A stretch of 57,248 nucleotides of DNA, taken from assembly GCA_016199525.1 (NCBI GenBank), contig JACQGL010000185.1, positions 1 through 57,248 on the forward strand. The letters are read 5' to 3'. The DNA is from Armatimonadota bacterium (GTDB lineage Bacteria > Armatimonadota > SYMT01 > JACQGL01). Position 1 is the first letter of the stretch, and each line of letters begins with the position of its first letter. The notes below the pieces were generated by a model, which did not search any database, had not been told where the DNA came from, and saw only the letters and a program-made list of their open reading frames with translations. This document shows positions 45,083 to 54,142 of this stretch, piece after piece. A program made the position numbers and the translations under genes.

Positions 45083-45793
45083 TTACCGGGTGTCCGTCCG
45101 CGGCGAGGGGGGCGCTTCCGCCGTGGCCTCCCCGCAGGGAGCGACCTCCAGCTCGTTGATAACTTCGCGGACGCCGTCCACCGACCGGGCGACCTCCTCC
45201 GCCTGCCGTCGCCGCGCCTCGTCCGCCACGTGCCCCACAAGCCGGATGATCCCACCCGGCTCGCCAAGCGGCCGGAGGGTGTGCGCCTCCAGGCCGGGGG
45301 CCAGATCGAGAGCATCCGCCACGCGGTTGGCCAGATCCAACGGATCCTTTGGCGCCTTGGGAGCAATCCGCTCTGCGTGAATGATGCTGCTGATGCCAGG
45401 CACGGTGGCAGCCACTTCAGCGGCGCGCTCCATCGCCGCAGCGTTGTCCGGATGGCCAACGAGCACTGCCACGCCACCTTGCACGCGGGCGCCGATCTCC
45501 CGCACGTCCGTCAGTGGGTCGGCGGCGAGGGCGGCGGTGAGCGCCTCGGTGCGCTCCGTGTCGGTACGGGCAAACGGCTCCTCCACCGCCAGGCGGTTGT
45601 CCACCGCCACAATCCCGGATACGGAGCGCGCCGCGCGTTCAGCAGCTTCCTTGGCGGCCAGCGTGCGCACCACGCCATCCAGGTGCGCGATCCCGCCTGC
45701 AACGCGGATGCGTAGATCCAGCAGGTCCACTTCCGGCAGGTTGCCGAGCGCGCGCTCTAATTCCCCTGCCAGCAGATCATCTCGCGGGGGCAT
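45083..45793 (-). CDS. Protein with three BON domains
   Basis: Start at ATG 45793. Three repeats of the BON pattern (IRVAGGIAHLDGVV...VSGIVAVDNRLAV; ARVQGGVAVLVGH...VPGISSI; IIRLVGHV...VDGVREVINELEV). Confidence 0.75.
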   Translation of the reverse strand: MPPRDDLLAGELERALGNLPEVDLLDLRIRVAGGIAHLDGVVRTLAAKEAAERAARSVSGIVAVDNRLAVEEPFARTDTERTEALTAALAADPLTDVREIGARVQGGVAVLVGHPDNAAAMERAAEVAATVPGISSIIHAERIAPKAPKDPLDLANRVADALDLAPGLEAHTLRPLGEPGGIIRLVGHVADEARRRQAEEVARSVDGVREVINELEVAPCGEATAEAPPSPRTDTR

Positions 45794-45940
45794 GGGCTTC
45801 CCTCCCGGGGCTCCCCCGTACATCGGGCCCCTCCGGCTTCAGCCTACCCTGTAGCAGGGGGACGCAAAACGACCGCCGGTTGCGAAGCACGGAGCGCCGG
45901 CTTCTCGCCGGCATAGGGAGGAGAGAGTGCGCCGCGATCC

Positions 45941-47209
45941 TCAGCCCGCCGAGGCGACATCCGGCACGGAGAGCGGCGTGCCCTGGCGCATGAGTTCCCG
46001 CAGCAGGCCCACCACGCGGGCTTCCAGCGCCGCCGTCAGCCGGTTCACGGTGGCGCGGCGGTCCTGGCGGTAGGCATCAAACTGCTCCGCCAGCTCCATC
46101 GGCTCGCCGATACGGACGATCGCCTCCCGGGGCACAGACGTGCGCGACTTGCCAAGGATCTCGAACTCCAGGCGATTGATCACTTCCAGGAAGCGCTCGC
46201 AGGTGAGGTGGCGAGCCACATAGTCATCCGAGACGGCCACAAACTGGTACAGGCGCCACAGCTCGTCGTGCAGCGGTTCGGCCAGTTCAAGCCGCCGCTG
46301 GTGGAGCCGGCGCTCATAGTCGGTCTTGGCGTCCTCGTACTCCGAAACGAAGGCGTGCACGGCGTTGAACCCTGCTCGCAGGCGCTCGGCGTAGGTCTTC
46401 CCTGGAAAGGGGGGCAGCCGGAGCGTCTCCGCCACCCGCTGGAGGAGGTGCTCCTTCAGGGCGATGATGCGCTCGCCCAGGCTCGCGCCTTCGGGCGGCT
46501 TCCACCCCACTTCCGCTTCCGCCGCCGCCACCACCCGCTCGCCGATGCGCCGCAGCCGGCCGTACAGCGTGGGGAGTGGATCCCCGCTCAGGGAAAGCGC
46601 TGCTTCCAGCCGCCCCAGAGCGGCACGGATGTGCCTCTCGGCATGGCACAGGCAGCGGTACTTGATCGCCATCGGCACGATCGGCAGGCTTAACGGCTTG
46701 CCCAGCCGCTGCAGGTCCTCCAGTGCCCAGAACCCCATCGCTACCACGCCCGCCTGGAACGGCAGGGTGATGTCGTTCAACTGGTAGACCTCACCTTCGG
46801 GGAAGATGACCACCTGGCGATCCTGCTCCGCGAGCAGGCGGCGGGTGGTGCGGATTGCCTCGCGATCCGGCACCCCGCGCATGATGGAGTAGCAGCCCGC
46901 CGCGGGGAGCAGCCAGCGCTTGAAGCCGACGAACACATCACGCGCCGCCAGGTAGTTGAATCGGCGGCCCAGGCGCCGCGCCATCCAGAACGCCACCAGC
47001 GGATCGCACCCGCCCGGGTGGTTGCCGGACAGAATCAACCGCTGGTCCCGCAGCCGCTCCAGCCGTGCCCATTCCTCGGGATAGACGGTGACTTTGACGG
47101 TCTGGCTCAGCCGGCGCAAGACCAGCGGCAAAAAGCGTTCCCCTAGCCAGATCACCCACAGTGTCTCACGCGGGGGAATAAAGGGCGGCTTCAGGGAGGG
47201 TGGCTTCAT
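45941..47209 (-). CDS. Lysophospholipid acyltransferase (PlsC/LPLAT) family protein with a long C-terminal extension
   Basis: HX4D box as NHPGGCDP, plus FPEGEV. 422 aa. The start overlaps the HAD stop as ATGA. Confidence 0.75.
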   Translation of the reverse strand: MKPPSLKPPFIPPRETLWVIWLGERFLPLVLRRLSQTVKVTVYPEEWARLERLRDQRLILSGNHPGGCDPLVAFWMARRLGRRFNYLAARDVFVGFKRWLLPAAGCYSIMRGVPDREAIRTTRRLLAEQDRQVVIFPEGEVYQLNDITLPFQAGVVAMGFWALEDLQRLGKPLSLPIVPMAIKYRCLCHAERHIRAALGRLEAALSLSGDPLPTLYGRLRRIGERVVAAAEAEVGWKPPEGASLGERIIALKEHLLQRVAETLRLPPFPGKTYAERLRAGFNAVHAFVSEYEDAKTDYERRLHQRRLELAEPLHDELWRLYQFVAVSDDYVARHLTCERFLEVINRLEFEILGKSRTSVPREAIVRIGEPMELAEQFDAYRQDRRATVNRLTAALEARVVGLLRELMRQGTPLSVPDVASAG

Positions 47210-47820
47210 CGGAGTGGCGGTGATAACCCGCGCTCGGCCAGCGCCCGCGCCAGCGCCTCGGATCCCGTGTGGGCGATGGCGTCCATGCCGACTGCACGGG
47301 CGGCGAGGACGTTCTCTTCCATGTCATCGATGAACAGATGCCGATTCGGTGGCAGGCCCGTCTCCGCGATTACCCGCCGGAAGATGGCGGGGTCCGGCTT
47401 GCGCAGGCCGCACTGGTGGGACACCAGGCAGCGATCGAACGGGGTGAGCACGTGCCCGTAGCGCTCGCGGATGAAATCCCAGTGGATGCAGTTGGTGTTG
47501 GAGAGCAGGATCCGCCAGCGCACGGGCGCCTGGTGGATCAGGCGAATGACGTCACGGTCCTCCCAGAACATATCCGACCAAGCGGTACAGAACTGCTCGT
47601 ACGAGAGCCGCAGGCCGCACCGTTCCACCAGGCGTGCGTGGAATGCCTCTCCCGAGCAGCCGCCGATGTCGAAGCGGAGGGCGCGGAATGCCTCATTGTG
47701 CTCACGGCGCATCTCCTCCTCGGAAACGGAGCAGGCGGCCAGGAGACGCTCCCAGACCCGCCGCGTGTCGAACGGCAGCAACACCTGCCCGAGGTCGGAA
47801 ACCATGGCCTCTATCGGCAA
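47206..47820 (-). CDS. HAD superfamily hydrolase (subfamily IA-like)
   Basis: TTG start 5 nt after GGAGGAGGG. Motif I MVSDLGQVLL, C-terminal FIDDMEENVLAARAVGMDAI. Confidence 0.8.
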   Translation of the reverse strand: MPIEAMVSDLGQVLLPFDTRRVWERLLAACSVSEEEMRREHNEAFRALRFDIGGCSGEAFHARLVERCGLRLSYEQFCTAWSDMFWEDRDVIRLIHQAPVRWRILLSNTNCIHWDFIRERYGHVLTPFDRCLVSHQCGLRKPDPAIFRRVIAETGLPPNRHLFIDDMEENVLAARAVGMDAIAHTGSEALARALAERGLSPPLR

Positions 47821-48072
47821 AGCACCCTCCTCCTACCCGTTTCATATCCACTCTGGAAGGGGTTTCAACCCGCGGGACCACTGGCGACCCCGCACGGAGG
47901 GGCCCACGCGGCCACACGGTATACCTTCACCCGTACGGGCGTGCCGCAGATCCGCGGGCGATGCCGCTTTCATCTATCGCGGACGCGGTAAAGCAACCTC
48001 ACCCACACCGTGGTCGCCATCCGGATTTGCTCACCCATTCGGCGCGCTGCCGATCGATCCCTGCGCTCCCCC

Positions 48073-49113
48073 TCACCGGCTGCCGCGGCTGGATACCTGG
48101 CGGAGCGCAAAGCGCGGCTGCCGTGTACTGGGGATTATCTGCACCCAGATGGGCCCCGGCTTGGCCGCCATCGGGCTGCCGTCCTCGGCGAACAGATCGA
48201 ACGGAGCAAAGTCATCCGTGCGAGACCAGGTACCGCGCACCAGGCGCCCGTCGCGCAGTAGCCAGGCGTTGCCCGTGCCCAGTACCTGGACTTCCAGCTC
48301 CCCCGTCGTGGCCAGTCGGAGTTGTGTCGGCGTCTGCAGCAGATAGATGGTGTTGGCGACGAGCTGCCTGCCCGTTACCGCATCGGTGTGCGGAGCGCCG
48401 TTGATGAAGCGCCGGTAGAAACCGCTGCTGGGGTCATAGCGCCAGCGAACCTCGTAGCGTTCGCCGTAGTGGTAGCCGATGTCCACACCGAGCGCCGGCT
48501 CGCCTGCTGGCGGGACGGACTCCACTGTGAACGGCAGGCGCACGGGAGAACGCTGGTAGGCCAGTCGCTCCGCGTAGCGCCAGAGGCGTTCGGTGCTTGT
48601 ATAAAGATTGTGCGGCTTGCGCCGCCGGTGATCGCGCCAGAAGGCGCCGGCGTACAGCATCTGATCCAGGTCGGCAACGCCGGCGTCTTGAATAGCACGA
48701 ATGCCGGAGTTACTCTCCCCACAGTGAACGTAGATCGGATCGAACGGCTGCGCCAGGGAGACAAAGTAGGGACGCGCGCTGCGCACAGGACCGATCACCG
48801 GCGCGTCGTCGCGGGAGTAGATCGCCAGAAAGCGCGTGATGCCCCCCTCCACCAGCGCTTCAAACACCACATCGGCGCGATCCAGGCCGCTCTGCGGTCG
48901 CGCGGCGCGGTGATTCTCCACCATAACCGCCAGCAGCCGGCCGCCCGGTGGCCGAACGTCAGGGGCGCTCACCTGCTCGGGTGGAAATGGCGCGGGCGGA
49001 GAGGCGGGTTGCCGGGCGCACCCTGCCAGTCCCGATAACATCAAGATCAGGAGCGCCATCGCCGGCCAGGCGCGCCGCCACGAGCGCCTCGGGAGGGCAG
49101 GGTCAGAGAGCAT
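48073..49113 (-). CDS. DUF3048 (YerB-like) lipoprotein
   Basis: Start at ATG 49113. Lipobox LSGLAGC. VMVENHRAARPQSGLDRADVVFEALVEGGITRFLAIY is the DUF3048 core. Confidence 0.75.
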   Translation of the reverse strand: MLSDPALPRRSWRRAWPAMALLILMLSGLAGCARQPASPPAPFPPEQVSAPDVRPPGGRLLAVMVENHRAARPQSGLDRADVVFEALVEGGITRFLAIYSRDDAPVIGPVRSARPYFVSLAQPFDPIYVHCGESNSGIRAIQDAGVADLDQMLYAGAFWRDHRRRKPHNLYTSTERLWRYAERLAYQRSPVRLPFTVESVPPAGEPALGVDIGYHYGERYEVRWRYDPSSGFYRRFINGAPHTDAVTGRQLVANTIYLLQTPTQLRLATTGELEVQVLGTGNAWLLRDGRLVRGTWSRTDDFAPFDLFAEDGSPMAAKPGPIWVQIIPSTRQPRFALRQVSSRGSR

Positions 49114-49254
49114 CAGGCAGGCTCCGGTCGGTCGATACTGTCCACAGGCTCCGAAAATAGTCGGCAATGGACGGGCGGCCATCCACATTTCATAAGCGAA
49201 TCATTCCGCAACCAGCCAGAGTATTGTACCGCTGCGTTGCGAGGACAGGGCGGC

Positions 49255-50799
49255 TCACAACAGCCGCAGCCCGCGGGGGATGGCCACCCGATCCATAAGG
49301 TCGAAGACCCACTGCACGAGCAGTGCCAGCAGGGCGGCCGGAATCGCGCCGTGCAGGATGATGTTCGGATCGTTCAGGGTCAGGCCTGTGCTGATTCGTT
49401 CCCCAAAACCGCCCGCGCCGATGAACGCTGCCAGGGTCGCCGTACCGACGTTGATCACCGCGGACGTCTTGATCCCTGCCAGAATGGTTCGGGACGCCAT
49501 CGGCAGGCGGATCAGGAAAAGCTGGGCGAGTGAGGACAGCCCCAGCGCCGCAGCGGACTCCCGCAAAGGCGGCGGCATCTCCTCCAGTCCCGTATAGGTG
49601 TTGCGCACGATCGGCAGCAGGCTGTAGAGGAATAGCGCTGCCAGTGCGGGAACCGGCCCCGTGCCCATCACCGGGATGAAAAAGCAGAGCAGCGCCAGCG
49701 AGGGAATCGTCTGGATCAGACCGGTCAGGGAGAGCACCGTCTGCGCCAGCATCCGCGAGTGAGTGGCCAGAATGCCCATCGGAATGCCGACCAGGATGGC
49801 CAGCGCCAGCGACACGAGCACTAGATAGAGGTGCTGGGGGCCCTGGACGCGGATCGCCTGCCAGGTGCCGCGCGCCAGCTGGGCCAGCTCGTGACGCAGT
49901 GACTGGCGAGCGGCCTCGGGGCTCGGGGCGGCGGTGAGCGCAAGCCCGTTAGTGACGAATTCCTGCGCCACCTGGGCAAACGGCAGGCCGTCCAGCTCCG
50001 CACGGCCGTTCAACTCGATCATCGTTGCCTCATTCAGCCGGCCGGCCAGCGACTGGAGCTTCTGCCAGGTGCGGGGATAACGCTGCGGGAGTGAGTCGCG
50101 GTAGAGGAAGACGGCCTGGTAGGGCGGAAAGAAGCGCCGGTCATCTTCGAGCACCCGCAGGTGGTACTTCTTGAGCTTGGCGTCCGTGGTGTAGACATCC
50201 ATCACGTCGATGGCGCCCCGCTGGATCGCCTCGTACGCCAGCCCGTGGTCCAGGCCCTGCACGTGCGGCATCTGCAGGCGGTAGTGCGCCACCAGCCCGG
50301 GCCATCCATCTTGGCGACCGAGAAACTCGTGGCTCAGGCCCACCCTCAGTTCGGGGTGGCGTGCCAGGTCCGAGACGGTGCGCAGGTTCAGACGCTCCGC
50401 CAGGGCGGCGGGCACAGCCAGGGCGTACTTGTTCTCGAATCCCAGCGGATCGCTGATCCCGATCCCCCGCGGCGCGAGCGCGCGGCGGAGCGTCTCCAGA
50501 TCCGGGCGTCCGCTACTCTTCAGGATCGCCTCCGCGATAGTGCCGGTGTATTCCGGGTAGAGATCGATCGAGCCCTGTTCGAGCGCTCGGAAGACGATCG
50601 CCGTGGCGCCCAGCCCCTGCTCGTGCGTGACCGGCGCCTCCCCGGTGGCGCGGGCCAGAGCGACAGCGATTTCGCCCAGAATGAATGATTCCGTGAAGCG
50701 CTTAGAGCCGACCCGTAACGGCGGCTTCTCTTGTGCGTGGACCGGGCTACCGGAGACCAGGATCAGGCTGGCGAGGATCAGGTAGAACGCGCGTCTCAT
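49255..50799 (-). CDS. Betaine/choline/carnitine-type ABC transporter, fused substrate-binding domain (N-terminal) and permease (C-terminal)
   Basis: Signal peptide. OpuAC-type binding domain (GSKRFTESFILGEI...LYPEYTGTI) followed by an OpuBB/OpuCB-like permease (IQTIPSLALL...LPIVRNT...). The start overlaps the ATPase stop as ATGA. Confidence 0.85.
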   Translation of the reverse strand: MRRAFYLILASLILVSGSPVHAQEKPPLRVGSKRFTESFILGEIAVALARATGEAPVTHEQGLGATAIVFRALEQGSIDLYPEYTGTIAEAILKSSGRPDLETLRRALAPRGIGISDPLGFENKYALAVPAALAERLNLRTVSDLARHPELRVGLSHEFLGRQDGWPGLVAHYRLQMPHVQGLDHGLAYEAIQRGAIDVMDVYTTDAKLKKYHLRVLEDDRRFFPPYQAVFLYRDSLPQRYPRTWQKLQSLAGRLNEATMIELNGRAELDGLPFAQVAQEFVTNGLALTAAPSPEAARQSLRHELAQLARGTWQAIRVQGPQHLYLVLVSLALAILVGIPMGILATHSRMLAQTVLSLTGLIQTIPSLALLCFFIPVMGTGPVPALAALFLYSLLPIVRNTYTGLEEMPPPLRESAAALGLSSLAQLFLIRLPMASRTILAGIKTSAVINVGTATLAAFIGAGGFGERISTGLTLNDPNIILHGAIPAALLALLVQWVFDLMDRVAIPRGLRLL

Positions 50800-51548
50800 A
50801 ACCGCCTTTCCGCGTCCTCCACCCAGAGCCGCCGCTGGGCGCGGATGAACTCGGCCACGAACGGGTCGGCGGGCCGCTCAAGCAGGTCGCGCGCGCTGCC
50901 CCGCTGGAGGATCACGCCGTCGCGCATCAGAGCGATCTCGTCGCCCAGGTAGGCAGCTTCGCCCATATCGTGGGTGACCAGGAGCACCGTCTTCTTGAGG
51001 CGCTGGAAGATCTGCTTCAGGTCCTCCTGGAGTCGGGAGCGGATAATCGGATCGAGTGCGCCGAGCGGCTCGTCCATCAGCAGCACTTCCGGATCGAGCA
51101 TCAGGGCGCGCATCAGCCCCACGCGCTGTCGCTGCCCGCCGCTCAGTTGCACCGGGTAGCGGTTCAGCAGCTCCAGCGGCAGCTGCGTGAGTTCAGCCAG
51201 CTCTGCCAGCCGCTTCCGCAGCCGCTCCCGCTCCCATCCCAGGTGGCGCGCCATGAGGGTAACGTTTCCCGCCGCCGTCAGGTGGGGGAAGAGGCCGCCG
51301 TCCTGGATCACATAGCCCATACGCAGGCGGAGGGCGCGGCACGTCTGCGGCGTCATCGGCGTGTCACCGATCTTAATGCGTCCGGAATCCGGCGTGATCA
51401 GACCGGCTACGAGGCGTAGCAGTGTGGATTTCCCGCACCCGCTCGGGCCGATAAGGACCTGGCAGCGTTCCGGCGCCAGGTCCAGCGTGGTGTGAGCCAG
51501 GGCTATCTTCCCGTCGTAGCTCTTGCTGATGTCTTCCAGCGTGATCAC
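50796..51548 (-). CDS. ABC transporter ATP-binding protein (250 aa, no CBS tail)
   Basis: Walker A GPSGCGKST, signature LSGGQRQRV, Walker B LLMDEP. Confidence 0.9.
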   Translation of the reverse strand: MITLEDISKSYDGKIALAHTTLDLAPERCQVLIGPSGCGKSTLLRLVAGLITPDSGRIKIGDTPMTPQTCRALRLRMGYVIQDGGLFPHLTAAGNVTLMARHLGWERERLRKRLAELAELTQLPLELLNRYPVQLSGGQRQRVGLMRALMLDPEVLLMDEPLGALDPIIRSRLQEDLKQIFQRLKKTVLLVTHDMGEAAYLGDEIALMRDGVILQRGSARDLLERPADPFVAEFIRAQRRLWVEDAERRL

Positions 51549-51774
51549 GGCCGCCTCACGGGAAAGTCTACCACGTCCGCTGTCGCACCGTCGGAAAGGC
51601 GGGGCACGGATTCCGTTTGTCGCTCACCAAGCCCGCTCCTCCAGCGACCGACCCTTACGGCGGGCGCAGGTTTAGACCGAGACCGATTGGCGTAAGTAAC
51701 AAGAGAGCCTCCCACCGGCCACACCGTTGCGTCGGTGAAGGAGTCAGTTTCTTAACCCGCACGCTGAGCTTGCT

Positions 51775-53103
51775 TTGCTACCGATGACCAATCCGGATCC
51801 CTTGTCCCCCGCTCAGCTCGCCGAAGCCGTGTTTGACGCCCGCGAGCGCACCTGGGAGCTGGTCGCCGACCTCACCGACGAGCAGTTGATGGGGCCGCGA
51901 CTGGCGATCATCAATCCCCTGCTGTGGGAGATCGGCCACGTGGCGTGGTTTCAGGAGAAGTGGGTCCTGCGCCACGGCGGCGCGCTGCCGTCCATTCGTG
52001 CCGATGCGGACGCGCTTTACGATTCGATGGCGATCCCCCACGACATCCGGTGGGACCTGCCGCTGCCTTCCCGTAAGGAGACGCTAGCCTATCTGCGGGC
52101 CGTGCGCAGCGGCGTGCTGATGCGAATCGGCCGGGGTGATCTGACGAAGGAGGAAGCTTACTTCATCCTGCTGGCCGCCTTCCACGAGGATATGCACACA
52201 GAAGCGTTCACTTATACCCGGCAAACCCTGGGCTACCCGGCGCCACGCCTCTTTGTTCCCCCCGCCGACACGGCGGACGTCGCCGGGGGTGGGCCGTTGC
52301 CGGGCGACGCCGCCATCCCAGGGGGCAGATTTCTGCTGGGGGCCACACCGGACGAGCCGTTCGTATTTGATAACGAGAAGTGGGCGCATCCTGTGGAGGT
52401 GCCGCCGTTCGCCATCGCCCGCGCGGCAGTCACCCAATCTGAGTTCGCGGCGTTTGTGGCCGACAGCGGCTATCGCCGGCGGGAGCTGTGGCGCGAAGAG
52501 GGCTGGCGGTGGCGCCAGTCGGTGGGTGCGGAGCACCCGGTCTACTGGCGACGCGATTCCGCAGGGAACTGGGAGCGACGGGATTTCGATCGCTGGGTGC
52601 CGCTGGAGCCGCAGCGTCCCGTTCTCCACGTCTGCTGGTACGAGGCAGATGCCTACTGCCGCTGGTCGGGCCGGCGACTGCCCACAGAGGCGGAGTGGGA
52701 AATGGCGGCCGCCGCCGATCCCACCCCGGACGGCCGCGGCATCACCGCGCGCCAGCGTCGCTTCCCCTGGGGCGATGCGCCTCCCACTCCCGAGCGCGCC
52801 AACCTGGACTGGCAGGCTATGGGGTGCCTGGACGTGGGCGCCCTGCCCGCGGGCGATAGCGCCTTCGGCTGTCGCCAGATGATCGGCAACGTCTGGGAGT
52901 GGACGAGCAGCGAGTTCGGTCCCTACCCGGGATTTGTGGCAGATCCGTACAAGGAGTACTCCGAGCCGTGGTTCAAAACGCACCAGGTGCTGCGCGGCGG
53001 CGGCTGGATGACGCGCTCCCGCCTGCTCCGCAATACCTGGCGTAACTTCTACCGGCCGGATCGACGAGACGTCTGGGCAGGTTTCCGCACCTGCGCCCTG
53101 TAG
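51775..53103 (+). CDS. senA: EgtB-fold C-S/C-Se bond-forming sulfoxide/selenoxide synthase; by context selenoneine synthase SenA-like
   Basis: DinB_2-like N-domain (PLLWEIGHVAWFQEKW, FHEDMHTEAF) plus an FGE-sulfatase domain (GNVWEWTSSEFGPYPGF...VLRGGGW...AGFRTC). Followed 1 nt later by the SenB-like gene. Start is TTG 51775 or ATG 51784. Confidence 0.7.
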   Translation: MLPMTNPDPLSPAQLAEAVFDARERTWELVADLTDEQLMGPRLAIINPLLWEIGHVAWFQEKWVLRHGGALPSIRADADALYDSMAIPHDIRWDLPLPSRKETLAYLRAVRSGVLMRIGRGDLTKEEAYFILLAAFHEDMHTEAFTYTRQTLGYPAPRLFVPPADTADVAGGGPLPGDAAIPGGRFLLGATPDEPFVFDNEKWAHPVEVPPFAIARAAVTQSEFAAFVADSGYRRRELWREEGWRWRQSVGAEHPVYWRRDSAGNWERRDFDRWVPLEPQRPVLHVCWYEADAYCRWSGRRLPTEAEWEMAAAADPTPDGRGITARQRRFPWGDAPPTPERANLDWQAMGCLDVGALPAGDSAFGCRQMIGNVWEWTSSEFGPYPGFVADPYKEYSEPWFKTHQVLRGGGWMTRSRLLRNTWRNFYRPDRRDVWAGFRTCAL

Positions 53104-53104
53104 A

Positions 53105-54136
53105 ATGAAGATCCGTATCATCACCCCCGCGCCACCCCGCTCCCGGAAGGGCAACCGGGTGACTGCTCTCCGGTGGGCCCGCATCCTGCGGGCGCTGGGC
53201 CATCACGTGGAGATCGAGCAGCAGTACCAGGGTGGGTGGTGCGACCTGCTGGTGGCCCTCCACGCCCGCCGCAGCTTTGCCTCCATCCGCCATTTCCGGT
53301 GCGAGCACCCGCAGTTACCCCTGATCGTCGCCCTGACGGGAACAGACGTCTACCAGGATCTACGCACCAGTCCGCTGGCCCGGCAGTCGCTGGAGATGGC
53401 GACACGGCTGATCGTGCTGCAGCCGCTGGCAATTGCCGAGATTCCGGAGCGCGTGCGCCCGAAGGCCCGCGTCATCTATCAATCCGCAGAGCCGATACGA
53501 CGGCGGGCAGCGCCGGCGAAGAGTACGTTTGATGTGTGCGTTCTGGGCCACCTTCGCCCTGTGAAGGATCCGTTCCGCACCGCGCTGGCGGCCCGGCTGC
53601 TGCCCGCCTCTTCGCGCCTCCAGGTGCTTCAGGTGGGGGCGGCGCTCAGCCAGGAGATGGCGGAACGCGCCCGTACGGAGGCGGCGTGCAATCCGCGCTA
53701 CCGCTGGCTGGGGGAGCTACCCCGCTGGCGGGCGCGGCACACGCTGGCGCGCAGCCGGCTTCTCGTTCTCACATCCAAGCTGGAGGGCGGCGCAAACGTG
53801 GTCTCCGAGGCCCTGGCCGCCGCCGTACCGGTCCTTTCCTCGCGCATCCCCGGCTCGGTGGGAATCCTTGGGGAGGAGTACCCGGGATACTTCCCGTTCG
53901 GAGAAGCGCGTCTGCTGGCGGCACTGCTGCACCGCGCGGAGACAGACACAGGCTTCTACGAGGAGCTCCGCGCCTGGTGCCAGCGGCTGGCGCCGCTCAT
54001 TGATCCCGCCCGCGAGCGGCAATCCTGGGAAAGCCTGCTGCGGGAACTCTCCCCACGAGAGGCCAGGCCGGGGCAGCCGCAGTTGCGCGGCGCCGGGCCG
54101 TCCTGTCCTTTGCCTGGTTTTCCGACGTCACCCTAA
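53105..54136 (+). CDS. senB: GT-B glycosyltransferase, selenosugar synthase SenB-like
   Basis: MKIRIITPAPPRSRKGNRVTALRWARILRALGHHV N-terminus, a GT1/GT4-like C-terminal half (EGGANVVSEALAAAVPVL), and a position between the EgtB-like and EgtD genes. Confidence 0.6.
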   Translation: MKIRIITPAPPRSRKGNRVTALRWARILRALGHHVEIEQQYQGGWCDLLVALHARRSFASIRHFRCEHPQLPLIVALTGTDVYQDLRTSPLARQSLEMATRLIVLQPLAIAEIPERVRPKARVIYQSAEPIRRRAAPAKSTFDVCVLGHLRPVKDPFRTALAARLLPASSRLQVLQVGAALSQEMAERARTEAACNPRYRWLGELPRWRARHTLARSRLLVLTSKLEGGANVVSEALAAAVPVLSSRIPGSVGILGEEYPGYFPFGEARLLAALLHRAETDTGFYEELRAWCQRLAPLIDPARERQSWESLLRELSPREARPGQPQLRGAGPSCPLPGFPTSP

Positions 54137-54142
54137 GAACCA

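Noticed and set aside
44824-45715. ORFs 44824..45477 (minus strand) and 44852..45715 (plus strand)
   Set aside because: Both overlap the triple-BON gene or its downstream spacer in other frames. Their products are Arg/Pro-rich with no motifs.
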